64,000 bases of DNA from a virus. Shown in pieces: positions 28,865 to 38,046 of this stretch. The DNA lies in the UHGV virus genome UHGV-0382128, one strand, 5' to 3'. The notes under the pieces were generated by a model that did not search any database, was not told the DNA's origin, and worked only from the letters and a program-made list of their open reading frames with translations. The position numbers and the translations under genes are program-made. The first letter of the stretch is position 1. Every line of letters starts with the position of its first letter.

Positions 28865-29132
28865 TCATATTCTCCTCAGGCTCGAAATGTGATTCGGGTG
28901 GCAATGTCCCTAAAGCCCCTTGGATACAAGCCGTCAGCGTAGGTTTGCCAAAACAGACCTTACCTATTGTCCCCACATTGGGATGTTGTAAGAACGCTTT
29001 TGCACGTTCGTATTCCTTCCAACAAATACTCGTATCCAAACCACCCACTCCGTACGATTTTAACATAATTAGCTCTCCTGACGTAAATTTCTCACACTCA
29101 TAGTGAGGTACGTCAGGAGAGCTTGATTGTTT

Positions 29133-29582
29133 TTAGAATGTTTTGCTAAAATCGACCCACTCACGATCGTGCGAGTAAACCGCCTGATAGCCGCGTCGGA
29201 TGAAATACTCTTTTGCTTCTTTACATTTCGCATACATGCCAGTAACAATCTCACCGAAAACTTCATCAGCTGCAATTGCTTTGAAAATCTCTTTCATTAC
29301 ACCCCGTTGACGATAGTCTGGGAGCACGTATACCGAACGTATCTTAAGTGAACCGTTACGATTCCGATAACTACAGTATCCTACCGCGACATCATCCTGA
29401 TACACCAGAACTATGCAGTTACCTTCGATCAGCTGTCGCGCATTTAACTTCGGCACCGACGTTTTGATTTTCAGTAACGTGGCCTGGTGGTCTAAGTAAC
29501 GGTAGTGTAGTTTGAGTAAATCGGCAGCTTGTCGCTCACCGACTTTAGAAGATGCGTTCAACAAATAAATTTCCATTTGCAA
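29133..29582 (-). CDS. GNAT-family acetyltransferase candidate (149 aa)
   Basis: VLPDYRQRGVMKEIFKAI resembles GNAT motif A. Confidence 0.5.
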   Translation of the reverse strand: MQMEIYLLNASSKVGERQAADLLKLHYRYLDHQATLLKIKTSVPKLNARQLIEGNCIVLVYQDDVAVGYCSYRNRNGSLKIRSVYVLPDYRQRGVMKEIFKAIAADEVFGEIVTGMYAKCKEAKEYFIRRGYQAVYSHDREWVDFSKTF

Positions 29583-29608
29583 ACCTTAGAGACGCAAAAA
29601 AAGTAAAA

Positions 29609-29737
29609 TTAAAACCAACGCGCGATGACGAATGCCGCAGCGGCTAATATGGCCGTGGTGATTATTAATCCACCCCATGAAAGTTCCGCATCGTATAATG
29701 CGGATATCGCTACATTCGTAGTGTTTATCGAGGTCAT
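29609..29737 (-). CDS. small single-TM peptide (about 42 aa), not in ORF track
   Basis: manual translation MTSINTTNVAISALYDAELSWGGLIITTAILAAAAFVIARWF; AGGAG SD 5-6 nt upstream. Confidence 0.3.
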   Translation of the reverse strand: MTSINTTNVAISALYDAELSWGGLIITTAILAAAAFVIARWF

Positions 29738-29794
29738 TTTCTGCTCCTAGTAATACCCTCACGCCGGAGGGTATCTTCTGGATTATTTGGGTGG

Positions 29795-29893
29795 TTAATC
29801 TTCGAACGCCCAACGGTGTCGTTTAATCAGCCAGTTTAAACCTTTACCAATTAACCACAACGAGCCAAGTGTTAACAGAACCCCTACAACCAT
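29795..29893 (-). CDS. small single-TM peptide (32 aa), not in ORF track
   Basis: manual translation MVVGVLLTLGSLWLIGKGLNWLIKRHRWAFED; SD AGGAGAGGG upstream. Confidence 0.3.
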   Translation of the reverse strand: MVVGVLLTLGSLWLIGKGLNWLIKRHRWAFED

Positions 29894-29903
29894 ATTCCCT
29901 CTC

Positions 29904-30089
29904 CTAATTCCGCCATTCGCATTCGCGTTGACGCCAAATTGAACCCCACGATAGTTTAATCAGATAAGATGAAACTACCCATAAAATCATCACCACACAA
30001 AACATGACATAAAGAACCGCTAGAATGGACATGAAGCCAAACCCTGCCGCATCCACAATACGACGGAACCAATCAGTTTGCATAAACAA
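29904..30089 (-). CDS. small membrane protein (61 aa)
   Basis: ORF track; hydrophobic core FGFMSILAVLYVMFCVVMILWVV; start overlaps end of the Rad50-like gene. Confidence 0.3.
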   Translation of the reverse strand: MFMQTDWFRRIVDAAGFGFMSILAVLYVMFCVVMILWVVSSYLIKLSWGSIWRQRECEWRN

Positions 30090-32577
30090 TTTTTACTCCT
30101 TCGTTATACACCGCAGGCAATGTCACTCCTTCCGGTTCGATGACACAGTACGATGCTTCATTAAGTTTAGAATGGACCTCAGCTTCGTGGGAAACTACCA
30201 AGAGTTGTGAAAATTCTCCCGAGTTTGCTAACGTTTTAATAAAGCCGACCAGGTTATTACGGTGTTCCTCGTCCATGCCTTCCGAAGGCTCATCCAAAAG
30301 CAACGGAAACTGATGCAACTTCAGCGCTTTGTACGCAGTCAGTCTGAACATCAGATTAAATATAGCACGCTGTGCCTTAGACCCTTTACGCACGTCAGGA
30401 ACAGGCTCAGGGTGCGTTTTTAGCTGGACAGGAAAAGTATAATCCAAATCGCCGTCAGTGAGATCACAGGGCATAACACGCATGGGGTACGTCCAGACCT
30501 GTTCGATATAACGCGTCATTAACTCTGTGATTCTAACGATAGCGTTGTAAAAATACTTTCTAAGTACACCCTTTTCTGGCGAGAAGGCTTGAATCATCAG
30601 TTTGTTATTGAACTGCTGGGCTTGTAAGTCAGCAAGTTCACGTTCCAAACTGTTGAGTTGGTTCAATTCATTTTCCATCTGACGATAACGCTCGCGTGCG
30701 GTTGTAAAAGCATCCAGCTTCCCTTCCCGCACTCGTAAGAGTTCCTCGACGACCGTATTTGTCAACGTAACCTTAACATCACTCTCTAACCGTTCGAATA
30801 ACGCACTGAAATCATCTACAGCACGTTTAACATTCACTAGATAGGTAAGTGTCGTGTTAGCCAGTTCGTGCTCTCTACGACGCATTGAGAGCATCTCTGT
30901 GGCTTTACCTAATCGCGACTGTTGGAAGGCGATTTTCTGTTGTAAAGCACCATCGACGTTACCAACGGCCGCTACGGCATCCTGCCATTCTTTTTCCGCT
31001 TTCACTAACCGTTGTCGGGTTTCATGGTACTCAATAGCAGAGTACAATTCACCGTCAAACGCTGCACATAGACTCCCGAACTGCTCGCGAGATTCTGTGA
31101 AAACGTTACGTTCTTGCAAACGCTTAAAGAACATGCTCAATATCGGGTCCTTTGAATACGTCAGCACAATCTCACGAACCTGCCGCATATAAGTTACATC
31201 AGATTCTAATTCAACACGATCGCGTAATAAGGTCTCTAGCTGTGTTTGAAGTTCCGTCCGTTGCTGCTGTTGACCACGAATCGATGACTCGAGTTCAGGT
31301 AAAGAACGCGTAACACCTGGCCGAAACTTAAACCGACACTGCGGACAATCCACTTCTGCCGTTTCTAAGTAGTGGTTACGTTCGTGATTTAAATTCTGTA
31401 AAACGTTCTCCACTCGCTGGAGTCTATCCCGTAATCCTGCGGTTTTTTGATCCATCACCAGAAGACGTTCTTCCAAAACATTGAGTTTCTCGGTTGAATG
31501 AATAGCGTCCAGTGTTGTTCCCAACCGTTGTCCCCAAACACGCGCATCGGTAGCCGCACGAAGTTGGTCTAAATTAACGTTATCGTTAAATAAACCTGGA
31601 AAGAGATGTTCGGTGTCCCACTTGGTAAGTAACTCACGTAAACGTGCCAGTGTGTTCTTGAGACCTTCGTGGTTCCGCATCAGGTAGTCTTGTCGTGTTG
31701 ACTCATCCATCAATAGCGATAAATCTTTATTCAACATCGATACCTCTGTTTCGGTAGAAACGACGGCTTCGCGGGCTGTCGCTTCATTTTGTCGGGCGGC
31801 CAGTATCTGTTCATCAGTAGGCAACCCACCACGATGTTGTAATATTGCGTCGATGGTTGGACCCAAACCGTTTAATAACGCTTGGATTGTTTCGATCGTG
31901 ACAGCACGATTTAATCCTGGCAACTGTTCGATTTCTCGGTTCAGTTCACGTAAATCCGATTCCAAACCTTTTAATCTCGTTGCTAATTGTTGTCGTTCTT
32001 CCTCGTTCTCAATAACGCGCGTCCGTAATTCGGCAATCTTACGACTGGTGATTTCAATACCTCCATTTAAGGCGGTAAGGTTTTTACGCAAACGTTGATA
32101 AAACCCTAACGCGTATGTGAGATCAGAGGTACTTAAACGGTAAAACCATTTACGGCGTAATTCGGTTCCCGCTTCGGTTAACAAAACCTCACCATTTAAT
32201 AGTTCTTTAATTTCTTTCGTAATACCCGTGATTTCTTCAACACGAGAGTTGTAGACCTTCGCATTACCTTGCTCGACGATCTTTGCTCCCGTGGTCAGAT
32301 TTTCAATATCGCAAACCAAAGAGTTACCTTTACGGGCAACTTTGAATCGATACCGTTGATCACCAACTAAACAGTAGTTCGTGTAAGAACCGCCGTCTCT
32401 GAATTCAGTTTTAGCCGGTGCTAAGGGTAAGAATACAGACAGTAGACTGGTTTTCCCGCAACCGTTCCCACCTAGGATAATTGTTGTTGGAGACTGGATA
32501 GTGAAATCGAAAGTTTCAATTTCATGTAATCCCATCCCCGTAAAACCTTTGAGTATAATGCGTTCAACTTTTAGCAT
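30073..32577 (-). CDS. Rad50/SbcC-like SMC-family ATPase (T4 gp46-like) with CPxC zinc hook
   Basis: Walker A GGNGCGKTSLL, central coiled-coil with VDCPQCRF hook, Walker B LLLDEPSEGMD, H-loop VVSHEAEV; start moved to MLKVERI with GGAGGTGGGT SD. Confidence 0.65.
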   Translation of the reverse strand: MLKVERIILKGFTGMGLHEIETFDFTIQSPTTIILGGNGCGKTSLLSVFLPLAPAKTEFRDGGSYTNYCLVGDQRYRFKVARKGNSLVCDIENLTTGAKIVEQGNAKVYNSRVEEITGITKEIKELLNGEVLLTEAGTELRRKWFYRLSTSDLTYALGFYQRLRKNLTALNGGIEITSRKIAELRTRVIENEEERQQLATRLKGLESDLRELNREIEQLPGLNRAVTIETIQALLNGLGPTIDAILQHRGGLPTDEQILAARQNEATAREAVVSTETEVSMLNKDLSLLMDESTRQDYLMRNHEGLKNTLARLRELLTKWDTEHLFPGLFNDNVNLDQLRAATDARVWGQRLGTTLDAIHSTEKLNVLEERLLVMDQKTAGLRDRLQRVENVLQNLNHERNHYLETAEVDCPQCRFKFRPGVTRSLPELESSIRGQQQQRTELQTQLETLLRDRVELESDVTYMRQVREIVLTYSKDPILSMFFKRLQERNVFTESREQFGSLCAAFDGELYSAIEYHETRQRLVKAEKEWQDAVAAVGNVDGALQQKIAFQQSRLGKATEMLSMRRREHELANTTLTYLVNVKRAVDDFSALFERLESDVKVTLTNTVVEELLRVREGKLDAFTTARERYRQMENELNQLNSLERELADLQAQQFNNKLMIQAFSPEKGVLRKYFYNAIVRITELMTRYIEQVWTYPMRVMPCDLTDGDLDYTFPVQLKTHPEPVPDVRKGSKAQRAIFNLMFRLTAYKALKLHQFPLLLDEPSEGMDEEHRNNLVGFIKTLANSGEFSQLLVVSHEAEVHSKLNEASYCVIEPEGVTLPAVYNEGVKIVYAN

Positions 32578-32630
32578 ACCCACCTCCATAAAGACGGAGT
32601 GTGGTGTAAAAAGAAAAAAAAATAGAGAAA

Positions 32631-32652
32631 GGGAGAACCCGAAGGTTCTCCC
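32631..32652 (-). terminator. rho-independent terminator
   Basis: hairpin gggagaacc-cgaa-ggttctccc preceded on plus strand by A10 run. Confidence 0.55.
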
Positions 32653-32657
32653 AAACG

Positions 32658-33266
32658 TTATTTGGTATATGGGTGATAACCCATTGAAGTCCAATAATCG
32701 ATGTTCTTTGTGTTTTCTACCCAAACCTGTCCCGCTTTTGTGGCCAAGACTTCCATTGTCAGTGCACAGATCAGGTTTGTTACCGGAATGCAATTTCCTG
32801 GCGTAACGTCGTCCAGATAAACCGGGTATAAAAACGGTGATTTAATGGATTGGTACGGATAAGAATAGTGATTGCCGACCTTCCACCCTTCCTCTACAGG
32901 ACAGAGATTAAACGTACGTGTTTCTGGAACTGCGTTTTCAGAGATCCAGTTAACAACATCGGCTTTAATTCGGTCGTGGTCGATATAGTAGAACACGACA
33001 CGTTGTGGGATACTTGTGGTACCAGCCGGGTCTAAAGCCTCCAACGCCTTGAAAGGCGTCGTTAACAATGTTGAACTGTTCTCAAGTGCGTAAACCAATT
33101 TTTCGTAAGCAGTCGGCGTTTTACGTTTAAAATACTCCCGTAAGCGTGGATACGCCAGGAAGCCCTCTACTTCCTCTTCCATTAAGTCGATGAATAAAGG
33201 CGTATGCGAAAAACGCTCTGCATTTTGCATCGCTTCAAGAAAACGAACTAATGTAATTTCGTTCAT
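32658..33266 (-). CDS. hypothetical protein (202 aa)
   Basis: ORF track. Confidence 0.5.
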   Translation of the reverse strand: MNEITLVRFLEAMQNAERFSHTPLFIDLMEEEVEGFLAYPRLREYFKRKTPTAYEKLVYALENSSTLLTTPFKALEALDPAGTTSIPQRVVFYYIDHDRIKADVVNWISENAVPETRTFNLCPVEEGWKVGNHYSYPYQSIKSPFLYPVYLDDVTPGNCIPVTNLICALTMEVLATKAGQVWVENTKNIDYWTSMGYHPYTK

Positions 33267-33296
33267 CTGGTCTTTCCTTTTAGATCAAAAAAAGAA

Positions 33297-33315
33297 GCCC
33301 CGAATAAACGGGGCC
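33297..33315 (-). terminator. rho-independent terminator
   Basis: hairpin gcccc-gaataaa-cggggc preceded on plus strand by A-run. Confidence 0.5.
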
Positions 33316-33322
33316 GGGCTAA

Positions 33323-33799
33323 TTATAGCCCTAAGTGCGTGAGTGATAAAATAGGCTGTGTTTCACCTTTAATCGTCGCGAAGGAACGATACATTTCTGC
33401 GTTACTTGAAAAAACTTCGTTAGCAACGATACATTCACCCGTCTCTAAAGAAAGGAGATAAATGTAGTCGCTCCATACGCTTTGTACCAATACCCATTCG
33501 AGCGCGGTGTCATTTTCGCGTGTTGTCCGCAGGTGGTGAAAGTAAGGCCGGATTGCGTCAACCGCCGCATTAAAACGACGATGATAAATTCGGGTTAAAT
33601 CAAATGTCCAGATTGTTTCCAGGTCAACTGGATGTAATGTGCGCACAGTGTCGATAATCGTCGACTGATCGTTAAGGCGTGCGGCCTCTGCGATACGCAG
33701 CAGTTTCCAGGCCACCGTTAAGTTGTGGCGAATTTGTTCAGGTTTAGCCGACAGGTCATGATGAAATTGCGCAGCTTGATAGACGTTAGATAATTGCAT
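33323..33799 (-). CDS. hypothetical protein (158 aa)
   Basis: ORF track; CTAAAGGAG-type SD. Confidence 0.5.
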   Translation of the reverse strand: MQLSNVYQAAQFHHDLSAKPEQIRHNLTVAWKLLRIAEAARLNDQSTIIDTVRTLHPVDLETIWTFDLTRIYHRRFNAAVDAIRPYFHHLRTTRENDTALEWVLVQSVWSDYIYLLSLETGECIVANEVFSSNAEMYRSFATIKGETQPILSLTHLGL

Positions 33800-33837
33800 T
33801 TTAATACTCCTTTAGGTAAAACATGTCGTAAAAAGGA

Positions 33838-33854
33838 CCCCGGACGTTCCGGGG
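33838..33854 (-). terminator. rho-independent terminator
   Basis: hairpin ccccgga-cgt-tccgggg preceded on plus strand by AAAAAGGA. Confidence 0.5.
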
Positions 33855-33866
33855 CCAAGACTACAC

Positions 33867-34256
33867 TCAATGTTCTAATTCGATAGCGCCAGCCATCTTG
33901 CCCCGTTCTTCGATAACGATCAGATAACGGTCGCGAGATTTGCTTTTAGCGAGAGTTAAGACAACAGTAGGGTCGCACGTTTTCGTGGTGATAGGAAGAA
34001 CCTCTCTTGCAACGGAATCGAGTAGAAAGTAATAACCTGCGGGACACATTGTGCCGCCATCAGCTTTTACCAGAATATAGCGCCCGTCTGCGCCGACTTC
34101 TTGGCAGATTGTTTCACCGACTTCACAAACTTCAAACCCCGGGGGATTGTACTGATAATCGGTATTGTTGTTTGAGGTTAGCAGTAAATCATTAACCTGG
34201 GTAGATGCCGCTACACTCAGGGAGAAGAAGAATGCTAAAGCGCAGATGAGACGCAT
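33867..34256 (-). CDS. secreted small Cys-containing protein (129 aa), secreted-array member 1
   Basis: signal peptide MRLICALAFFFSLSVAAS; shares Cys pattern and YILVKADGG/YVFIVEQGG core with 34267..34677. Confidence 0.5.
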   Translation of the reverse strand: MRLICALAFFFSLSVAASTQVNDLLLTSNNNTDYQYNPPGFEVCEVGETICQEVGADGRYILVKADGGTMCPAGYYFLLDSVAREVLPITTKTCDPTVVLTLAKSKSRDRYLIVIEERGKMAGAIELEH

Positions 34257-34266
34257 GAGTTACTCC

Positions 34267-34677
34267 TTAAATTTTAAGTTTATCCATAGCTACAACGATA
34301 GGTTTTTCCGAAGTGTCTAATATCCCTACCATCGGTACACCATTTTTGATTTCGAAGAACGGTTTGTTATTGCCAGAGCACAAACGTTTGTCGTTGTATT
34401 CGAGACGTTGTGCCTTCCACGTTTCGAGGTTGAGTACGGACATAGGGCTGTCGTAGCACCAGGCCCCACCCTGCTCAACGATGAACACGTATCTGCTACC
34501 TTTGTATTTAAACAGGCTCTTCGCCTGACAGTACAGACCGTCAATTTCTGTACAGTAGAAATCGTCGGTACTATTGACGTACTTAATTCCAGCTGGCAAT
34601 TGTGTTATTTTTGCTGATACGTTAACAGAGAACAGAATAGCAATTGCAATGAGAAGAGTGTTGATGATAGTTTTCAT
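34267..34677 (-). CDS. secreted small Cys-containing protein (136 aa), secreted-array member 2
   Basis: signal peptide MKTIINTLLIAIAILFSVNVSA. Confidence 0.5.
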   Translation of the reverse strand: MKTIINTLLIAIAILFSVNVSAKITQLPAGIKYVNSTDDFYCTEIDGLYCQAKSLFKYKGSRYVFIVEQGGAWCYDSPMSVLNLETWKAQRLEYNDKRLCSGNNKPFFEIKNGVPMVGILDTSEKPIVVAMDKLKI

Positions 34678-34687
34678 GATAAACTCC

Positions 34688-35173
34688 TTAGTATTTAGAT
34701 TGTTCTACGTACTTCTTAACCAGATAACCGAATTCAGCAACGCCGATTTCGCCGAACCAAACCAGATAACCGGGGTCGATGTTGTAGTAATAACCGACGA
34801 GTTTCTTGGTGTGTGGGTTGTATAGCGTTACGATATATTCCCAGCCACAAGCGTTAGCTTTACAGCCACCACTTTCAATCCAGATTTTGTTGTTGATATT
34901 TACCGGATACATGTTACCGCCAGGGCCATCCATGTAACCTTTAGAGCCGAACATTCCATCCAGCCCCACCGGATCTAGTGTTTTATCAACAACACCTTTA
35001 AATGACTTATCGGTATCGTACAAGTCGTTGATGTTTGGACACGCATTTGGCTGACCTTCCCGAGCGTTCCCATCGCAGGTAAGTAATTCGTCTACGGAGG
35101 CCGCATCTACAGTAGGTGTGGCACCGATAAACAAGAAAACCAGAAAGAACATCAGTGTATGTAAACGTTTCAT
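34688..35173 (-). CDS. secreted protein (161 aa), secreted-array member 3
   Basis: signal peptide MKRLHTLMFFLVFLFIGATPTVDA. Confidence 0.5.
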   Translation of the reverse strand: MKRLHTLMFFLVFLFIGATPTVDAASVDELLTCDGNAREGQPNACPNINDLYDTDKSFKGVVDKTLDPVGLDGMFGSKGYMDGPGGNMYPVNINNKIWIESGGCKANACGWEYIVTLYNPHTKKLVGYYYNIDPGYLVWFGEIGVAEFGYLVKKYVEQSKY

Positions 35174-35191
35174 TGTGACTACTCCTTTAGA

Positions 35192-35584
35192 TTATTCAGC
35201 AGGACGATTTAAAGTAACTCGGCCAATTAATTCGGAGTTATGAAAGAAGTCCACAGCGGTATAGTTACCAACTGATAACGGATGTATGCTAACCGACATG
35301 ACTTTTGGTTGTTCACAGGCGATATCGGTCAAACGTTGGTAGACTTGTGCACGGGTGTCAGCAATGAGTAATCCTGTACATGTTTCACCACGTACTAAAC
35401 GATAAACTTGCAGTTTACCGAAACTGCGCATTAACGTAGGTGTCTCATCCGGGTTGATAATCGGTGAGTCAGGAGCGGGTTCGTAATGGTTGACATCCGA
35501 ACCGCCGAAAGCGTAAGTGCCAGTAATGCCGATTGCACAGAAAACAATGATAGTATAAAGTATAGTTCTAATATTCATTTTCAC
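35192..35584 (-). CDS. secreted protein (130 aa), secreted-array member 4
   Basis: signal peptide MKMNIRTILYTIIVFCAIGITGTYA. Confidence 0.5.
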   Translation of the reverse strand: MKMNIRTILYTIIVFCAIGITGTYAFGGSDVNHYEPAPDSPIINPDETPTLMRSFGKLQVYRLVRGETCTGLLIADTRAQVYQRLTDIACEQPKVMSVSIHPLSVGNYTAVDFFHNSELIGRVTLNRPAE

Positions 35585-35606
35585 GCACTCTAAAAAAGAT
35601 TAATAC

Positions 35607-36068
35607 TTATTTGTTAGGACGGGTGTGTCCACAGTTCTGGAAGAAAGTTTCAGATAGACGTTCGCCTTCTACGGTAAAGTTAGCGGCGTCATTACCATTG
35701 ATACTCACGCTGAAATTTTTGGCATTACCGATAGCATTAACGAAAGCAACCCAAGCGAGTTCTGCTTTGTCACTACCATCCACGGTAGGGATGTTATAGG
35801 TTTTGCCGTTTACGACAATATCCATCGTGTTATCTTCAGCGTTAGTTGCACCTACAGGTTCCCCGTAATACCAAACCATGCGACCGTAAAATTTGCGATT
35901 CGCGGTTTCAGTGTCACAGTTGATAGACAGTCCGTTTCCGGTGGTGTCTTCGATTTCGTAAACTGCCTGACCAGGGTTCTGTATTTGTTCCCAGCTGTTG
36001 ATAGCGGCGTGTGCAGTATTGAATCCGAAAGTTAAAATGGTTACTAAGAACGCGATAAAAGTTTTCAT
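35607..36068 (-). CDS. secreted protein (153 aa), secreted-array member 5
   Basis: start moved to MKTFIAFLVTILTFGFNTAHA (AAGGAG SD upstream). Confidence 0.5.
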   Translation of the reverse strand: MKTFIAFLVTILTFGFNTAHAAINSWEQIQNPGQAVYEIEDTTGNGLSINCDTETANRKFYGRMVWYYGEPVGATNAEDNTMDIVVNGKTYNIPTVDGSDKAELAWVAFVNAIGNAKNFSVSINGNDAANFTVEGERLSETFFQNCGHTRPNK

Positions 36069-36114
36069 TGAAATGCTCCTTCGGGTTATGGGAAAGTTCC
36101 CACAAATCATGAAA

Positions 36115-36486
36115 TTAAATGAGAAAGTGGGCAACTCTTTTAATCTGTCTATAACTATCATCGATACCTCTTATTATTTCCAGACGTTCTTCTGAAGAAA
36201 GGCATTGGTTAATGTCTTTGTCAAGATTGAACAATGTCATGAGTTTTGCAATCGAAACTGCCAGGTTGTCCGATAGCTCGTTGTTTTTACGCCATTCTTC
36301 GTTACGGAAAATACAGATAAGGTCTTTCACCTGGTTTTCAGCGAGCGGTTTGGCTAACTGTGCGTCGCGCTGTTCGAGAAGGTATGCTTCGTTGGTAAGT
36401 AATTGTTTCAGGTCTTCTGGGTAAAGGGCAGCGCGAGTAACGATCAGTAATACAACAAACGGGTCTTTGAACAATTCGTTTTTCAT
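36115..36486 (-). CDS. hypothetical protein (123 aa)
   Basis: start moved to MKNELFKDPF with AGGAGAACTAAAG SD; the annotated longer ORF runs into an upstream hairpin. Confidence 0.45.
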   Translation of the reverse strand: MKNELFKDPFVVLLIVTRAALYPEDLKQLLTNEAYLLEQRDAQLAKPLAENQVKDLICIFRNEEWRKNNELSDNLAVSIAKLMTLFNLDKDINQCLSSEERLEIIRGIDDSYRQIKRVAHFLI

Positions 36487-36515
36487 CTTTAGTTCTCCTA
36501 AAATGGTTTCGTTAA

Positions 36516-36537
36516 GTGAGAGTAACTGAACTCTCAC
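36516..36537. other. hairpin immediately preceding 21-nt conserved element copy 1
   Basis: gtgagag-taactgaa-ctctcac inverted repeat. Confidence 0.4.
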
Positions 36538-36538
36538 C

Positions 36539-36559
36539 TAAGTAATATATATCTGAAAT
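36539..36559. repeat. 21-nt AT-rich conserved element copy 1 (taagtaatatatatctgaaat)
   Basis: identical 21-mer also at 40921..40941, same orientation, both directly downstream of a hairpin. Confidence 0.6.
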
Positions 36560-36590
36560 TATTTTTAATGTTGACGAACAAAAAATAAAA

Positions 36591-36610
36591 GGTGGGGGTA
36601 AACCCCCACC
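36591..36610 (-). terminator. rho-independent terminator
   Basis: hairpin ggtgggggt-aaa-cccccacc preceded on plus strand by AAAAAATAAAA. Confidence 0.55.
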
Positions 36611-36614
36611 GACG

Positions 36615-37193
36615 TTATACATCGAACCGATACTGCCGGGAGTTAATGAGGAACTCAGTATTCAGCTCAATCCATTCGAGTAAATCCCCCAACGGTAATC
36701 GGTTTGGGTTTTCTAACTCGATAGATGCAACCGGATAAGAGTTTACTAATTCCGTAATCGCCTCAATGCCCTCTTGCGTTCCATCGTCTTCTAAGGTGAT
36801 TGTAAACGGCATATCGGTACGTTCCGCATTAGGATTGTACAAACTGACTTTCGTTGCTTGCACAAACGCAGTCAGGTCGTCTCGCATAATGCGAATATCT
36901 GGCGCTAGAACTACCCAGAGATGTTGCCCTGGCTGGAGTTTACGTTTTGCGTAGTTTACGAAAGGACTTGCCGTCAAGTTATCTAAACCACAACAGATGT
37001 TACGTAAACGAATTCCGCGCGGATCTTTGTAATCCACGTCGAAAATCCCCACAGGTTCATTCGCTGCCCGCTTTATCAGAAAGGCTAATACCGTGTCCGC
37101 TCTTTCTGGTAAGGAAAGCTCTATTCCCTCAAGCTCCCCATCGACGAGATTTTCTAACCAAACGTCTTTTCGCATTTCTATTAATCGGTACAC
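36615..37193 (-). CDS. hypothetical protein (192 aa)
   Basis: ORF track. Confidence 0.5.
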   Translation of the reverse strand: MYRLIEMRKDVWLENLVDGELEGIELSLPERADTVLAFLIKRAANEPVGIFDVDYKDPRGIRLRNICCGLDNLTASPFVNYAKRKLQPGQHLWVVLAPDIRIMRDDLTAFVQATKVSLYNPNAERTDMPFTITLEDDGTQEGIEAITELVNSYPVASIELENPNRLPLGDLLEWIELNTEFLINSRQYRFDV

Positions 37194-37205
37194 GGTTCCA
37201 CCTCA

Positions 37206-37979
37206 CTAATAATTAAGTTTTACATCGGCAATAAACAGCAACTGTTTACCGTGTTGCTGCACTTCTTTCCAACCTAGTTTCATAGCAGCGTCAACAACAT
37301 CTATCATGCTGTAACGAGACATCAACGCGGTTGATTTTGTTCCTGACATTAAGTAAAGCGGCTCGTTGGGGCAACGGTCGCGTGCATCAGGAAGTTCCCG
37401 AGAGACTGCTGAGCCTTCGGGTACGGTAACAACATGAATCACGGTAAATGGTCTTTTGTGGGTTAAATAAATACGAAACCCAACGTGTTCAGACTCATGA
37501 AAGACTTTCTTTACAACCACATCTTTTAGTGTCGTCTGAACATCAATCCCAGGTAATATCGTGGATTCGCGAGAAACAAAACAACGACTATTTTCAACCA
37601 TGGAGAAATAATTACGTATCGGTAAACTGGCGTTATGATCGCGCAGTTTTTTGCTCAGTAGATCGAAGTTCAGTTCTTTAACTTTCTCTAGCCATTCTTT
37701 GGCTTGTTGTATGTAATAACTACCAACGGTGCGATAAGTCAATACCTTACCTGTGCTTACTTTCCAAAGTTTAACGCTTAGTGAATTCGGCTTATAGCGA
37801 CGATACTCACCCCGCGTATAGTTGATGCGCTCGTAACGCTCTACATCGTCAACGGGCGCAGATTCGATCGATTGTAATTGCAACGTACGATCTAATCTAT
37901 CGGCGAATAGTAGTGATGTTAGCGGACCTTCGATCAAATACGGTTCGGTTTTAAAGATATCATCTAGATGGATTTTCAT
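37206..37979 (-). CDS. hypothetical protein, 4-gene paralogue family member (C-terminal GW..V...G.QLLF.A motif)
   Basis: C-terminus LGWKEVQQHGKQLLFIADV. Confidence 0.55.
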   Translation of the reverse strand: MKIHLDDIFKTEPYLIEGPLTSLLFADRLDRTLQLQSIESAPVDDVERYERINYTRGEYRRYKPNSLSVKLWKVSTGKVLTYRTVGSYYIQQAKEWLEKVKELNFDLLSKKLRDHNASLPIRNYFSMVENSRCFVSRESTILPGIDVQTTLKDVVVKKVFHESEHVGFRIYLTHKRPFTVIHVVTVPEGSAVSRELPDARDRCPNEPLYLMSGTKSTALMSRYSMIDVVDAAMKLGWKEVQQHGKQLLFIADVKLNY

Positions 37980-38046
37980 TTCTATTTCCTTCTTAACAAA
38001 AGCCGCGACTAAAGCGCGGCAGTTAGAGAAAGTCTATTTTTACTTA

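Noticed and set aside
29586-29813. 75-aa minus-strand ORF from the ORF track
   Set aside because: Spans two better-supported small TM peptide ORFs that have their own SD sequences; Arg/His-rich translation looks non-genic.
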